Below are positions 7,346 to 16,579 of a stretch of 64,000 nt of DNA, piece by piece; within the stretch, counting starts at the first letter, position 1; each line of letters starts with the position of its first letter. The stretch comes from an uncultured virus (IMG/VR IMGVR_UViG_3300013121_000030). Lineage: Duplodnaviria > Heunggongvirae > Uroviricota > Caudoviricetes. The translations under genes and the position numbers were made by a program. The stretch spans positions 96,001-160,000 of the IMG/VR virus record IMGVR_UViG_3300013121_000030; one strand, 5' to 3'. The notes below the pieces were generated by a model. It saw nothing but the letters and a program-made list of their open reading frames with translations, ran no database searches and was not told the origin of the DNA.

Positions 7346-7711
7346 ATGGGAACTGCTCCTCAGAATCTTCGCTACTCTGCGTTCTACCAGAACCTCCCCA
7401 TCGAAGGGAAATTTACGATCTCCGAGGCCCAAGAGCTGGCCAAGAAGAACAATCTTCCGCTCCGTCTTTGGAGAGACGGAACCCACATCTTCACTGTGGC
7501 TCCCCACGGGATGGCGCCGATGGTGCCCAATCTACTCCCGTGCGAATTCCGCGCGTGGGCCGAGTTTATCGTAGCTCACACAAGCTCCGCGGAACATCTG
7601 CTCCCTCTTGCGGTGGATGCGCTGCTCGCCGCCATGGACGCCAACGACACCGAAGCGATCTCTTCTCTCACCGCCACCCTCAAGATGGCACGGTCGATTC
7701 CGAAGCGGTAG
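7346..7711 (+). CDS. hypothetical protein (predicted leaderless)
   Basis: ATG 6 nt after the promoter -10 element. Confidence 0.65.
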   Translation: MGTAPQNLRYSAFYQNLPIEGKFTISEAQELAKKNNLPLRLWRDGTHIFTVAPHGMAPMVPNLLPCEFRAWAEFIVAHTSSAEHLLPLAVDALLAAMDANDTEAISSLTATLKMARSIPKR

Positions 7712-7737
7712 TTATCTTGTGTCGGAGTGGCCCACAC

Positions 7738-7977
7738 GTGGACAGAGACTTCTTTGTCCTTCTGGGCTCGGCTGGAGATTGTGTAACCATATTACATGTT
7801 CTCCAAGGACTCTCCGAACTCTGCTTCTCAGCAGGCAATTTCCCGCTCCTCCTCGTGTGCGGAAAGGCGGAGTTTACCTCCCTCACCCTGGATCAATTTC
7901 AGGACTCCTTCAAAATCATCCTGAGCTTCCCTTCCACATCCAAGAAAATCCTCTTCCACCTTGAAGGGTCTATCTGA
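7738..7977 (+). CDS. hypothetical protein
   Basis: C-terminal part of ORF 7147..7977 from GTG 7738; fills the gap between genes. Confidence 0.35.
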   Translation: MDRDFFVLLGSAGDCVTILHVLQGLSELCFSAGNFPLLLVCGKAEFTSLTLDQFQDSFKIILSFPSTSKKILFHLEGSI

Positions 7978-7980
7978 GCA

Positions 7981-8340
7981 ATGAGACGGAAAAAGATGAA
8001 GCGCCTTCGCAGGAAGGCAATGATGAGGAGCTACCGCGCGGCACTTCGAGCCCAGCCGTTGTCGATCTCCAAGATCGAGCGTGTCACGCGCGGAATCGGT
8101 CGCACCCTCTCCAGGGACTTCTCCCACGAGCATGCGTGGTATGCGACAAACCGCGATTCCTGGGCCACGTTCGACCTTGAAACGATGCGTGAGGAAGTCC
8201 GCCGCAAGCTCGACTCCGAAACGGGAATCTCACCCATGGATTGGGTCCGAATGGACCTGCAATACTACTCCGATCGGTGGAACGCTGGGCGCTATCGGCG
8301 CCTTCTTCTCCAGATCGAAGAGGTCAAGTCGCGGGTGTAA
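7981..8340 (+). CDS. hypothetical basic protein
   Basis: 119-aa ORF, GC3-rich; its TAA is part of the next promoter's TGTAA box. Confidence 0.6.
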   Translation: MRRKKMKRLRRKAMMRSYRAALRAQPLSISKIERVTRGIGRTLSRDFSHEHAWYATNRDSWATFDLETMREEVRRKLDSETGISPMDWVRMDLQYYSDRWNAGRYRRLLLQIEEVKSRV

Positions 8341-8363
8341 CTCAGCCGTCCGCGTGCTACACT
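8335..8363 (+). promoter_or_regulatory. class A promoter GTGTAA-N13-GTGCTACACT
   Basis: ATG of the nadD-like gene 6 nt downstream. Confidence 0.75.
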
Positions 8364-8369
8364 GGAGTC

Positions 8370-8903
8370 ATGCGGATTGTTGTTTACGGGGGGTCTTTCA
8401 ACCCCTTCTGCAAGAACCACTTGGATGTCGTCTCCTGGGCGACAACTCAGGGGGATGAGGTGTGGGTGATTCCCAGTTACGCCCACCCTGAGAAGTCCTT
8501 GATGATCGATTTCGAGCATCGGCTTGTCATGGCGCGGCTCGCGGTGGGTTCGGAGCTGTGGCCTGTGCCTGTGTGGGTGTCCGACATCGAAAGGACCCTC
8601 TTCCAGGAGGGGATGTCCAAGATCTTCACCTACCATCTGCTCCGCCGCCTGGCGGCCATGCATCCTGAGAACACATTCGTGTTCGCCATTGGGCCGGACA
8701 TTGATCCCAGCAAGTGGGAGCTGGGGCCTGAAGCAATGGCGGAGTTTGAGTTCATCCGGGTCCCCGACATGGGGACCCATGCGACCCAAGTGCGGGAGTG
8801 GATTCGCACTGGGGATTCCCAGTGGAGAAATTTCGTGCCCACCCAGGTGCAGCGCTACATCACGTGGAAGTCGCTCTACGGGGATTTCTCCCACGAGATT
8901 TGA
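8370..8903 (+). CDS. nadD: nicotinate/nicotinamide-nucleotide adenylyltransferase (NadD-like)
   Basis: MRIVVYGGSFNP..NH, VWVIP..HPEK, HRLVMARLA, F.F.IGPD, AT.VR, VP..V..YI....LY; HxGH appears as CKNH. Confidence 0.85.
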   Translation: MRIVVYGGSFNPFCKNHLDVVSWATTQGDEVWVIPSYAHPEKSLMIDFEHRLVMARLAVGSELWPVPVWVSDIERTLFQEGMSKIFTYHLLRRLAAMHPENTFVFAIGPDIDPSKWELGPEAMAEFEFIRVPDMGTHATQVREWIRTGDSQWRNFVPTQVQRYITWKSLYGDFSHEI

Positions 8904-8913
8904 GGGGGGTCTC

Positions 8914-9324
8914 ATGGTCCGTCAGGATGTGGAGGTGTTGTGGAGCGACCTGGAAAACTGCGGGGGTTGCATCAAGGACTTGGCCACTCGTTTGGTCGAC
9001 ACCGAAAATGGCCTCTTGTCGGCATACCTTTCGTGTCGGGAGAATCCCGACACGAAGTATCTCCGAGCGGCTTACGCTTGCGGGTTGAGGTATTCTCAGG
9101 TGGCCTCTTTCCTTGAAGAAAGAGTTGAGGAAAGAGCAACGCGCTTTGCCTATCTTTATGGAACACTGTGTGCGCAGAGGTCCCTGGACTCCGCGTGGAG
9201 GATGAGAGCTTTTGTTGCCGAAACTGAGATGACACTGTACAGGTCCATCGCACAAACCCACATCCGTGGGATTCGTGTTCTGACTGAGAAACTCCGGGTT
9301 TGTGTGGATAAGCAATCGGCATGA
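8914..9324 (+). CDS. hypothetical protein
   Basis: GAGG SD before ATG 8914. Confidence 0.55.
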   Translation: MVRQDVEVLWSDLENCGGCIKDLATRLVDTENGLLSAYLSCRENPDTKYLRAAYACGLRYSQVASFLEERVEERATRFAYLYGTLCAQRSLDSAWRMRAFVAETEMTLYRSIAQTHIRGIRVLTEKLRVCVDKQSA

Positions 9325-9347
9325 ACTCCGCGGAGTATTCTCCATCC

Positions 9348-9704
9348 ATGATGGACACCAAAATCAGAATCTTCTACTCAGAGTCCTTTGGGGACTTTGG
9401 GCGAGTCGACCTCTCCTTTGTCTCAACTTTGGGAGAGTTTCTGGCTCTTCTTCTCATGGGGGACGTTCCTGCTTCTCCTCAAGTCCTCAACCTTTTGGGG
9501 ATCCAATGTTCCCCAGAACTTCGAGCACGGTGGAAGTGTTCCCTCTCAGTAGGGACGCTTCGCTATGAGGAAGTCCCCAAGGATTCAACGCTGGAGACGA
9601 TCCCATGGGAGGTTTCGGAGCGTGTGGAGCGGCTGGTCAACAATTCGCTCAGCTTTGGTGCGGATATCCTTCGGCACCTCCATAAACGGAACTGGGACAT
9701 TTGA
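9348..9704 (+). CDS. hypothetical protein
   Basis: ORF 9321..9704; GAGTAT element 9 nt before ATG 9348. Confidence 0.55.
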   Translation: MMDTKIRIFYSESFGDFGRVDLSFVSTLGEFLALLLMGDVPASPQVLNLLGIQCSPELRARWKCSLSVGTLRYEEVPKDSTLETIPWEVSERVERLVNNSLSFGADILRHLHKRNWDI

Positions 9705-9732
9705 GGGGTATTCGCCCTTACAAAGGAATCCA

Positions 9733-11436
9733 ATGCGACACTATCTTCTGGCCACAGCAGCAATCTTTGCTTGCATCCCATCCCCTCCCACAGAGGACAC
9801 CACATCTCAGGGCAGCACCAGCGACTCTGACTCTGAGAGTTCGAGTGGGTCCTCAGGGGTGCTGACCTCCACGGTCACGACTGTTGAGCCCATTGAGTGC
9901 CTCAAGGATGCAGACTGCGGGGAACCCTCTCCATGGTGCATCCTCAGCAAGTGCCTTGGTTGTGCGGAGCTGGACTGCAAGGATGGATTGATCTGCGAGC
10001 CGTTCTCAGGGATGTGTGTCGAGTGCATGGGCAATTCGGATTGTCCTGACCATCTTGCCTGCGAGGACAATCTCTGTGTTCCGAGGACGTGCTCCACGGA
10101 TGGGGAGTGTCTGGAAGATGGGATTTGCGATGTTGCCCATGGTGTGTGCTATGCGACTGTCGTTTGGGCAAACGCTGCAACCCCCTGTGAGAAGTCGGAT
10201 GGTTCAGAGGCGTTTCCCTACTGCTCAATCGCTCAGACCTTGGAACGGGAGAAAGGTTCTTTTGGGGTGTGGCTCACGGGGAACCAGAACTTCAACCTCA
10301 TGGAGAAAACGGTCATTCAGAACCGTTCAATCGCCTTGGTGGGAGGCCCTGAAATCCCCTCGATCAAGGCGGATTTCCAAGGCACGGTTGCAGTTGAGGT
10401 CAACCACGGGAGCCTTCGGATCCGCAACATCCCCCTGGAGGCCCATAACCTGAGTGGGGTTCGTATTCTGGCGAATTCTCAGGTTGTCGTCCAGGGGAGT
10501 GTGGTTCGTGGGTTTTTCACGGGACCGCAAAATTCTGGGATCATGGTAGAGCCAGGGGCTTCGCTGACCATGGAAGGGAGCCACCTCCTCGGGTTTTTGG
10601 GGGATGGGATCCAGGTGGCAGGGAAGGCCACAATCAAGGGGTCCAGGATCTTCTCAAATGGCGAGAATGGGGTCATCGCTGGACTCGTGGAGGGTGGCAG
10701 CGGAGTTGTTCTCATCGAGAACTCCGTGATTTCCGGGAATGGCATCGGCGATTCGGCGGCCAGTTTCACAAAAGAATGTGGCCTCGTACTGGATCACGGG
10801 AGCATGGGGACCATTCAAAACAGCTTGGTCTCCTTCAACAATGCCTGCGGTATCCAGGTGGTCCACGCCAGCAGCGCCTCGATTACCAACAGCCAGATCA
10901 CCTTCAACGGAGCAGGGGAGTTTAAGTCGGGGGGAGTTGTGGTTGGTGACACTGACCATCCCTTCGACACAGACCAATCTGACGTCAACCTAATGTTGAC
11001 GACCATTCTCAACAACAATACTGGATCTGGCCTCAACGAGGCCATCGATTGCTCCGCAACCTCCACAGTGAAAATCGAAGGATCCATCCTCCTGGGGTCT
11101 GGTCAGGCAAAGAACTCCTTCCCAGCTTCGTGCGGGAAGAATGTCTTCAAGTCTGTCCTGGATTTTGATTCCGAAATCTCCCCATGCAGCAACACCAACA
11201 CCAAGGACTGCAACAATGAGACTTCCTTTGAGGCCATCTTGGGAACCGTTGTGGAACTCGTAGTCCCAGAAGTATCCCAACTTCCAGAGGCCACAGTCCC
11301 CATCTGGATCTTTCGCTCGGTGAAGAATCCAGCGATCAAGATCACCAGTGAGAAGTGGTACCCAACCTCGGATATGGACGGAGACCCACGCAAAGGACTC
11401 GATACTCCTGGATCCGATGTGTATCTTGGTGAGTGA
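9733..11436 (+). CDS. lipoprotein with Ser/Thr linker, Cys-rich repeats and right-handed beta-helix
   Basis: MRHYLLATAAIFAC lipobox; CxxDxDC repeats; DGSEAFPYCSI; parallel beta-helix repeats (I.NS.I.GN). Confidence 0.8.
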   Translation: MRHYLLATAAIFACIPSPPTEDTTSQGSTSDSDSESSSGSSGVLTSTVTTVEPIECLKDADCGEPSPWCILSKCLGCAELDCKDGLICEPFSGMCVECMGNSDCPDHLACEDNLCVPRTCSTDGECLEDGICDVAHGVCYATVVWANAATPCEKSDGSEAFPYCSIAQTLEREKGSFGVWLTGNQNFNLMEKTVIQNRSIALVGGPEIPSIKADFQGTVAVEVNHGSLRIRNIPLEAHNLSGVRILANSQVVVQGSVVRGFFTGPQNSGIMVEPGASLTMEGSHLLGFLGDGIQVAGKATIKGSRIFSNGENGVIAGLVEGGSGVVLIENSVISGNGIGDSAASFTKECGLVLDHGSMGTIQNSLVSFNNACGIQVVHASSASITNSQITFNGAGEFKSGGVVVGDTDHPFDTDQSDVNLMLTTILNNNTGSGLNEAIDCSATSTVKIEGSILLGSGQAKNSFPASCGKNVFKSVLDFDSEISPCSNTNTKDCNNETSFEAILGTVVELVVPEVSQLPEATVPIWIFRSVKNPAIKITSEKWYPTSDMDGDPRKGLDTPGSDVYLGE

Positions 11437-11534
11437 TGTCACCAAAACTCCAGAAGAAAATTTGGTGGTGATGGGTACATAAGCGGAGCAAGTGTGGTAG
11501 AAACCCACACTCACACACCATCGAAGAGCAAGCT

Positions 11535-11723
11535 ATGTCAACGATCCTTTTTGGACTTGGTATGGCGGCGTTCTTGGGGGTGGTGGTACCCCTGGCCTAC
11601 GAAGTCAGGATCCTGGTCTCTGGTGGACGGAGAGCAGGAATTCAAAGGTATCTCCACCCCGTGGTCTTCGGCGACGATCTTAATGACGCCGACCGCAGGG
11701 CCATCGACGCTGCCTCGCTGTAA
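11535..11723 (+). CDS. small membrane protein
   Basis: N-terminal TM segment, 62 aa. Confidence 0.55.
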   Translation: MSTILFGLGMAAFLGVVVPLAYEVRILVSGGRRAGIQRYLHPVVFGDDLNDADRRAIDAASL

Positions 11724-11730
11724 CTCAAAC

Positions 11731-11759
11731 CCGAGGCCCCTCACGATGAGGGGCCTCGG
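11731..11759. terminator. 13-bp hairpin
   Basis: CCGAGGCCCCTCA-CGA-TGAGGGGCCTCGG. Confidence 0.7.
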
Positions 11760-11788
11760 CCATTTAAGGTTCTGAGTACGGTGGTGGG

Positions 11789-12352
11789 GTGTTGTCTCGG
11801 CGATGTCATGTAACGGCCGATGAGATCCGTCAGAGGTATCCGCAGTGGGATCCAGCCTCCATGCGACCGACGCATCGTGTGCGGAGGTCTCACGGGGACG
11901 ATTTTGTAGAGTTGAGGCCAACGCCTGGGGAACCTGTTTGGTTTGCTTTTGAGCCCGGGGAGGAGGAGCCTTCCTATGGTTTTATTGTCGAGTCGTGTCT
12001 ATGGAAGCCTCTTCGGCGTCATGAGGGCCTCCACGTTCAGGAGATGGTGGTGGTGCAGCAACCCCGACAATCGGGGGTCTACTTTCTGAAGGACGGGGAG
12101 GGGAGGATAAAGATAGGTTGGTCTGTAGAGGTGCCACGACGCTTGAGGCAGCTCCAGACCGCTCAAGCACAACTTCTCGTCTGTCTAGGTGTGATTTGGA
12201 CCACGGATCCCGAGACTGAGAAAAGACTCCATCGTCAGTTCGCCGCACTGAAGATCCGCGGAGAATGGTTCGACGGAAAGTGTGGGACGATTGAGAGGTA
12301 CATTCTGACAGTCACTAACCATGTCCAAGCCAAAATCGCCCAAGAGCCTTAG
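11789..12352 (+). CDS. GIY-YIG (T5orf172/MUG113-type) domain protein
   Basis: GVYFL...IKIGWS...RRLRQLQT...EKRLHRQF...RGEWF; start codon uncertain. Confidence 0.8.
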   Translation: MLSRRCHVTADEIRQRYPQWDPASMRPTHRVRRSHGDDFVELRPTPGEPVWFAFEPGEEEPSYGFIVESCLWKPLRRHEGLHVQEMVVVQQPRQSGVYFLKDGEGRIKIGWSVEVPRRLRQLQTAQAQLLVCLGVIWTTDPETEKRLHRQFAALKIRGEWFDGKCGTIERYILTVTNHVQAKIAQEP

Positions 12353-12569
12353 GTTTTCGGATTCGCTGGAATCCGCACCGACCGTGAACGCCTTCAGAAT
12401 CCGATCGATCGGGGAGATCGAGGACATGTACATGGTTGAGTTTTTGGAATATTTGGGGGACCAACCTCGCTTGGTGTCAAGGATCTGTGTGCATACCAAT
12501 TTCCTATCCGTATTTCGGGAGAAGCTAGGGGAAATGTACGAGGAAGTGACTCCCCGAATTCTCCATTAG
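12321..12569 (+). CDS. hypothetical protein
   Basis: 82-aa ORF in operon context. Confidence 0.55.
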   Translation: MSKPKSPKSLRFSDSLESAPTVNAFRIRSIGEIEDMYMVEFLEYLGDQPRLVSRICVHTNFLSVFREKLGEMYEEVTPRILH

Positions 12570-12586
12570 TTAGGTATCATTCACCA

Positions 12587-13819
12587 ATGAGCTTCCAACG
12601 AGGAATTTTTCGCACTTACATTGTGACTCTCCCCGTGTTCCATGCTTCTTTGGGAGAATCGAAGACTCCGTACACGTTCAAGTCGGGAGATGTTCTCAGC
12701 TTCGACGGGACGGCGGTGGAGATTGCTGATGGCAACCGATATAACTGCACTGAGCTTCGAGGTGCCATCAAGCAAGGTTGGTTGCAACTCGCGGACTCCG
12801 CGGAGGCAATCCCAGTCCCAACCAAAACTCCTTTTGTACGGCCCATCAAACCGGCAAACATGGCCATGCATGGGACCGAGAGGTTTGTCCCGGAGATTGA
12901 GATTTCTGACGGGAGGGTTGTGGGGGATGCAGCAATGTCTCCCATGATCAACATCCTTCGGGACTTTGAGGCGGAGTTGAGGGGAGCCCCTGATGCTCAT
13001 GGAATCTCAGCTCGGACCGAAGTCCGTCCGCAATATCCGGTCCACGTGCAGGACGAATCTGACACTCACGGCCGAATCGTATCTCGGCTTTCCTCAGACG
13101 AGGATAGTCCCACCATCCGCGGGATGCGCTTCAACAGGACCAACAATGTTGTGCGGGACCTCTCTGGATTGACTCCCACGACACCCGAAGGACCTGTCGT
13201 TCGTCACAACGCCCCCATCAAGACTGCTTCTAAGTTTTCAGTCCAAGAAGAAAATGGGCAAGTCCACGCTTTTGTGTCCTCTTCAAATCGGTCCGCCTCG
13301 ATGGAAGAGTCCTCGAAAGCTCGGGTCTCTGGGGTCGCAGATGTTTCCAATCCCACTGCTTCTGTGGGAGCCGCCATTCAACGAGATGCTGCCCAGCGAA
13401 CCCCTGATGGGGACGGATTCAAGATCCGTGGGTTGTTGAGGACCTCAACACAGATGTCAGCTGTGGTCGGGGACTCCACAAACGCTGTCCAGGCCGAAGA
13501 GAATAGGCTTGCCAGGGAGATTGCCTCCAGTCGACGTGCTTCCATCCTTACGTCCGACTCGAAGCCGCAGAGCGTGGCGGCAGCAGCCCCTGAGGTTGAT
13601 GTTGAGAAGATCCGCTATGAAGTTGTCCGGATCTTTGTCCCTGACTTCAAGTGGGATCTGTCTAGGGAGGATGAGGAGAAGATTGGGGAGATCCAAGAAA
13701 TCATCACAAAGGATCTCAAATCCCCCACATTGAAGGCTATCTTCGCGGTTGAGAGCGAAGGTATCCGTCGAGAGATCACGAGTCGACTCAAGGCTAAAAT
13801 GAAAAAGTCTCCAGTGTGA
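12587..13819 (+). CDS. hypothetical protein
   Basis: 410-aa ORF; AGGTAT element 9 nt upstream. Confidence 0.75.
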   Translation: MSFQRGIFRTYIVTLPVFHASLGESKTPYTFKSGDVLSFDGTAVEIADGNRYNCTELRGAIKQGWLQLADSAEAIPVPTKTPFVRPIKPANMAMHGTERFVPEIEISDGRVVGDAAMSPMINILRDFEAELRGAPDAHGISARTEVRPQYPVHVQDESDTHGRIVSRLSSDEDSPTIRGMRFNRTNNVVRDLSGLTPTTPEGPVVRHNAPIKTASKFSVQEENGQVHAFVSSSNRSASMEESSKARVSGVADVSNPTASVGAAIQRDAAQRTPDGDGFKIRGLLRTSTQMSAVVGDSTNAVQAEENRLAREIASSRRASILTSDSKPQSVAAAAPEVDVEKIRYEVVRIFVPDFKWDLSREDEEKIGEIQEIITKDLKSPTLKAIFAVESEGIRREITSRLKAKMKKSPV

Positions 13820-13858
13820 AAGAGGAAGGGCCGCTACAGCGGCCCTTCCTCTTTCACA
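13815..13858. terminator. 21-bp perfect hairpin between convergent genes
   Basis: TGTGAAAGAGGAAGGGCCGCT-AC-AGCGGCCCTTCCTCTTTCACA. Confidence 0.8.
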
Positions 13859-13862
13859 TACC

Positions 13863-14144
13863 TCACTGAGGAATCAGTGAGGTCGTTCCAGGGGCCACCC
13901 CTGTGGTCCCAGTCTCCTCAGGGGAGGTGGTGGAAGTGGTGGTGGTGGAAGTGGTGGCGCCAGGGCAACCTGCAACGGTCCCAGTGGTTGTGGCACACCC
14001 CCCAGGAACAGGGTTGATGTGATTCCCAGTAGTCACATCCCCGGTGGTGGTGGGGTTTCCGGTGGGTTCTGGTGTTGGGTTGGATGGGCATCCCAGAGTG
14101 AGGAGGGATGCTGCCACCGCGGAGAGGATAGTGAATGTTCGCAT
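13863..14144 (-). CDS. small Thr-rich lipoprotein
   Basis: MRTFTILSAVAASLLTLGC lipobox; TTG repeats; two further Cys. Confidence 0.7.
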   Translation of the reverse strand: MRTFTILSAVAASLLTLGCPSNPTPEPTGNPTTTGDVTTGNHINPVPGGCATTTGTVAGCPGATTSTTTTSTTSPEETGTTGVAPGTTSLIPQ

Positions 14145-14211
14145 TGTGAGCACCATTACCATCCAACATCAAAAAAATATCGTGTCTGTGCCCGACCCAT
14201 TTTTAGGATGG

Positions 14212-15102
14212 TCATGGGAGACTGATCTGGCAGCCCCTGAAGGTGTTCAGGGCTCGCTGCACGTCAGCAAATTCTACGTGGTTGTGGCCAGCCACATAGG
14301 ACTCTCCAATGGCAAGCTGGGTTAGGGAGATCAGGTCTCGGATGACGCCACCTGAAGCTTCAATCAACGCTGCGCAGCTTCCAATGGGGAGCATGTCTTC
14401 TTCGGAGCGCTGGCGGAGGATCTGCATCAAGAATGCGTTTACCTCGCCACCTGGCATCGGGTCATACGCGGGTTGAGTGATGAAATAATCAAATCCCTTC
14501 TTGAGTTCCTCAGCCGCGCCGTACATCACGGCTGGGGGCCCGACGACGACCACGGCAACATGTCCCCGGATCGCAGCCAAATCGTGGGCACATAGCCCAT
14601 TGAAGACCTCGATGGGGAGGCGATCCAGCGAATCAAGGAGCAACACGGGCCGACGCTTGAGCTGATCGACGTTTTGCCTTGGGTCCTCGGGTGAATCCGA
14701 GAACAATGACGCCAAAATGTCCAGTGCGAGGAGCGTGCCTGCTTGTGGCTCGTGTATCTGAATTTTTTGGATCAAAGTGTCGACCTGTTTGGCCAGATGA
14801 TCCTTAAGCATCCCAGGGTTGTTGAGATCGACCTGGGTGGTCGCATCGAGAAAGATCGGGATGAGATCGTCAGCGTTGCTCAATTCACGCTCAAGGACAC
14901 GGAGTTGCATCGTCTTGCCAGTGCCGCTTGGACCGGCGAGGAGGTGCGAGGACTTCGGGTGCAACTTGAGGCCGATGAGCGTTTGGTGGGCAAGCGATTG
15001 ATTACGATCTTCGACATAGAGGCCGTTCTTGAGCGCCTGTCCTGGGTCTCCCGAGGGCTCGAATCGGGCCAAGGCTTCCTTGAAGTGTTCGCGCGGCTTC
15101 AT
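14212..15102 (-). CDS. P-loop NTPase (AAA-type)
   Basis: Walker A GPSGTGKT, Walker B LLLDSLD, C-terminal ASGGVIRDLI. Confidence 0.8.
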   Translation of the reverse strand: MKPREHFKEALARFEPSGDPGQALKNGLYVEDRNQSLAHQTLIGLKLHPKSSHLLAGPSGTGKTMQLRVLERELSNADDLIPIFLDATTQVDLNNPGMLKDHLAKQVDTLIQKIQIHEPQAGTLLALDILASLFSDSPEDPRQNVDQLKRRPVLLLDSLDRLPIEVFNGLCAHDLAAIRGHVAVVVVGPPAVMYGAAEELKKGFDYFITQPAYDPMPGGEVNAFLMQILRQRSEEDMLPIGSCAALIEASGGVIRDLISLTQLAIGESYVAGHNHVEFADVQRALNTFRGCQISLP

Positions 15103-15184
15103 GAGTTTGATACCCCCAAAAAGAAACGCGAGGTCTGGACTATCCCAGACCTCGCATTTCCCACGCTCTATTAGAGCGTGGCCT

Positions 15185-16063
15185 CTACCTATCCGACAAA
15201 ATGGTCTTGAAGTGTGGAGCTACAATGGTGGCTTGGCTCCAAGCTTCCGCGGAAGCGGAACCGAGCTTTCCTTTCCCTTCTCGGAGGAGGAAGCGATATG
15301 CGTCGTGATGATCACGGTGAAGGGTGGAGTAGCTCCTCCTCCGGTAAGTGGGGGAGAGGGCTTGGGAGAGCTGATCGTAGTAGCGTTGGAAGGGTGGGGT
15401 CGGAGGCACAACGGGATGTGAGGGTTGTGTACGAAGTGTCCGAACGCGAGTATGAGCTTCCGGAAACCAAAGCCGAAAGAGTCCCCAGCTGTCTGGGGGA
15501 ATAACAACAATTTCCGGACTTTGGCGAGTGAGGATAGATTTTGCCAAGACCTCAAGCCCGAAGGGAGGTCCTCCATAGGAATCCATCATATGGAGGACCC
15601 CTCCGGAGATTTTGGGATAGTCCCATGTCTCCCATGCATGGACAGCCATGAAATTGACAGGTTGGTGATCTTCTACTTGAAGTGCCCTTACCAAGTGGTG
15701 GGCCCGGAGACGTGCTGGTGGGCCCACATCGATGACCATGGTGGTCATCTTCTCTGGGGTTTCAGAAGCCGCCGCGAGATCATCCCACAGGGAGTCCTCG
15801 TATGCCTCTTCTGAGGCGGACGATATTTGAATAGGGCAGCGAGTAGGGGATATTGCACTGCCCTCGGCAATCTTCTGCCACTGGAAGACATGGACGACCA
15901 CTTTCCCTTCACGGGTCTGGAGAATGGTCACCTTTGTTCCACGAAAGGACTGAAGGTCGACGTTATTGGAGCCGATGATTTGGGCCTGCACTTCCAAGAA
16001 GTGCGGTGGGTCACTGTCCCTTGACTGGGGGAGTTTGTACTTTAGGAACGATGTCTGGGTCAT
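15185..16063 (-). CDS. hypothetical protein
   Basis: C-terminal part of ORF 15185..16348 from ATG 16063. Confidence 0.55.
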   Translation of the reverse strand: MTQTSFLKYKLPQSRDSDPPHFLEVQAQIIGSNNVDLQSFRGTKVTILQTREGKVVVHVFQWQKIAEGSAISPTRCPIQISSASEEAYEDSLWDDLAAASETPEKMTTMVIDVGPPARLRAHHLVRALQVEDHQPVNFMAVHAWETWDYPKISGGVLHMMDSYGGPPFGLEVLAKSILTRQSPEIVVIPPDSWGLFRLWFPEAHTRVRTLRTQPSHPVVPPTPPFQRYYDQLSQALSPTYRRRSYSTLHRDHHDAYRFLLREGKGKLGSASAEAWSQATIVAPHFKTILSDR

Positions 16064-16241
16064 GTTTGGAGCCTGGATCTGATGTGGTAGTGGAGGTGGT
16101 TCCTTGAGGAGGAGACTTCTCAGGACGGTCACTCTTATGGGTCGGGGGGCCCGAGTCTGCACTCTCAGTGTCATCCCCACGGGGACAACCGAAAAGAGCC
16201 ACGAAGAGCACCAAGAACACAGTTTTCTGTGGATTCTGCAT
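16011..16241 (-). CDS. small lipoprotein
   Basis: VFLVLFVALFGC lipobox followed by a low-complexity S/T/P/D tail. Confidence 0.6.
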   Translation of the reverse strand: MQNPQKTVFLVLFVALFGCPRGDDTESADSGPPTHKSDRPEKSPPQGTTSTTTSDPGSKHDPDIVPKVQTPPVKGQ

Positions 16242-16291
16242 GCCCTGGAAGGCTTATACTCTCCCAATCGAGCGCGGGTCGCGTCCCCAAG

Positions 16292-16320
16292 GTGTATCTT
16301 GGGGGATTCGGTGCTACTCT
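16292..16320 (+). promoter_or_regulatory. class A promoter variant GTGTAT-N13-GTGCTACTCT
   Basis: Same 13-nt spacer as the other copies. Confidence 0.6.
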
Positions 16321-16361
16321 CAAGGGTTGCCTCAAGGAAGAGGCTCAAGGAGCTTCTTCCA

Positions 16362-16538
16362 ATGAGCCTTCAGCAGTTCCAACAACTCCAAAACATCCTG
16401 GGACACCGCATGTCCCCCATCCAAATCGCCACTATGACCCCTGAGGAGGCCGTCGCCTTCCTCCTGAAGCCCCAGTTCACCATCCCACCCCTCCTGCGGA
16501 GTTTCCGCACATCCTGTCCGACACAGACTGGCGTGTAA
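16362..16538 (+). CDS. small hypothetical protein
   Basis: AAGGAG SD then ATG 16362 (MSLQQFQQLQ...). Confidence 0.5.
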   Translation: MSLQQFQQLQNILGHRMSPIQIATMTPEEAVAFLLKPQFTIPPLLRSFRTSCPTQTGV

Positions 16539-16561
16539 CAAGGGGCTCTGTGTGTTACTCT
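16533..16561 (+). promoter_or_regulatory. class A promoter GTGTAA-N13-GTGTTACTCT
   Basis: TGTAA box doubles as the upstream stop codon. Confidence 0.65.
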
Positions 16562-16579
16562 CCGGGAGAGGAGGAAGAG

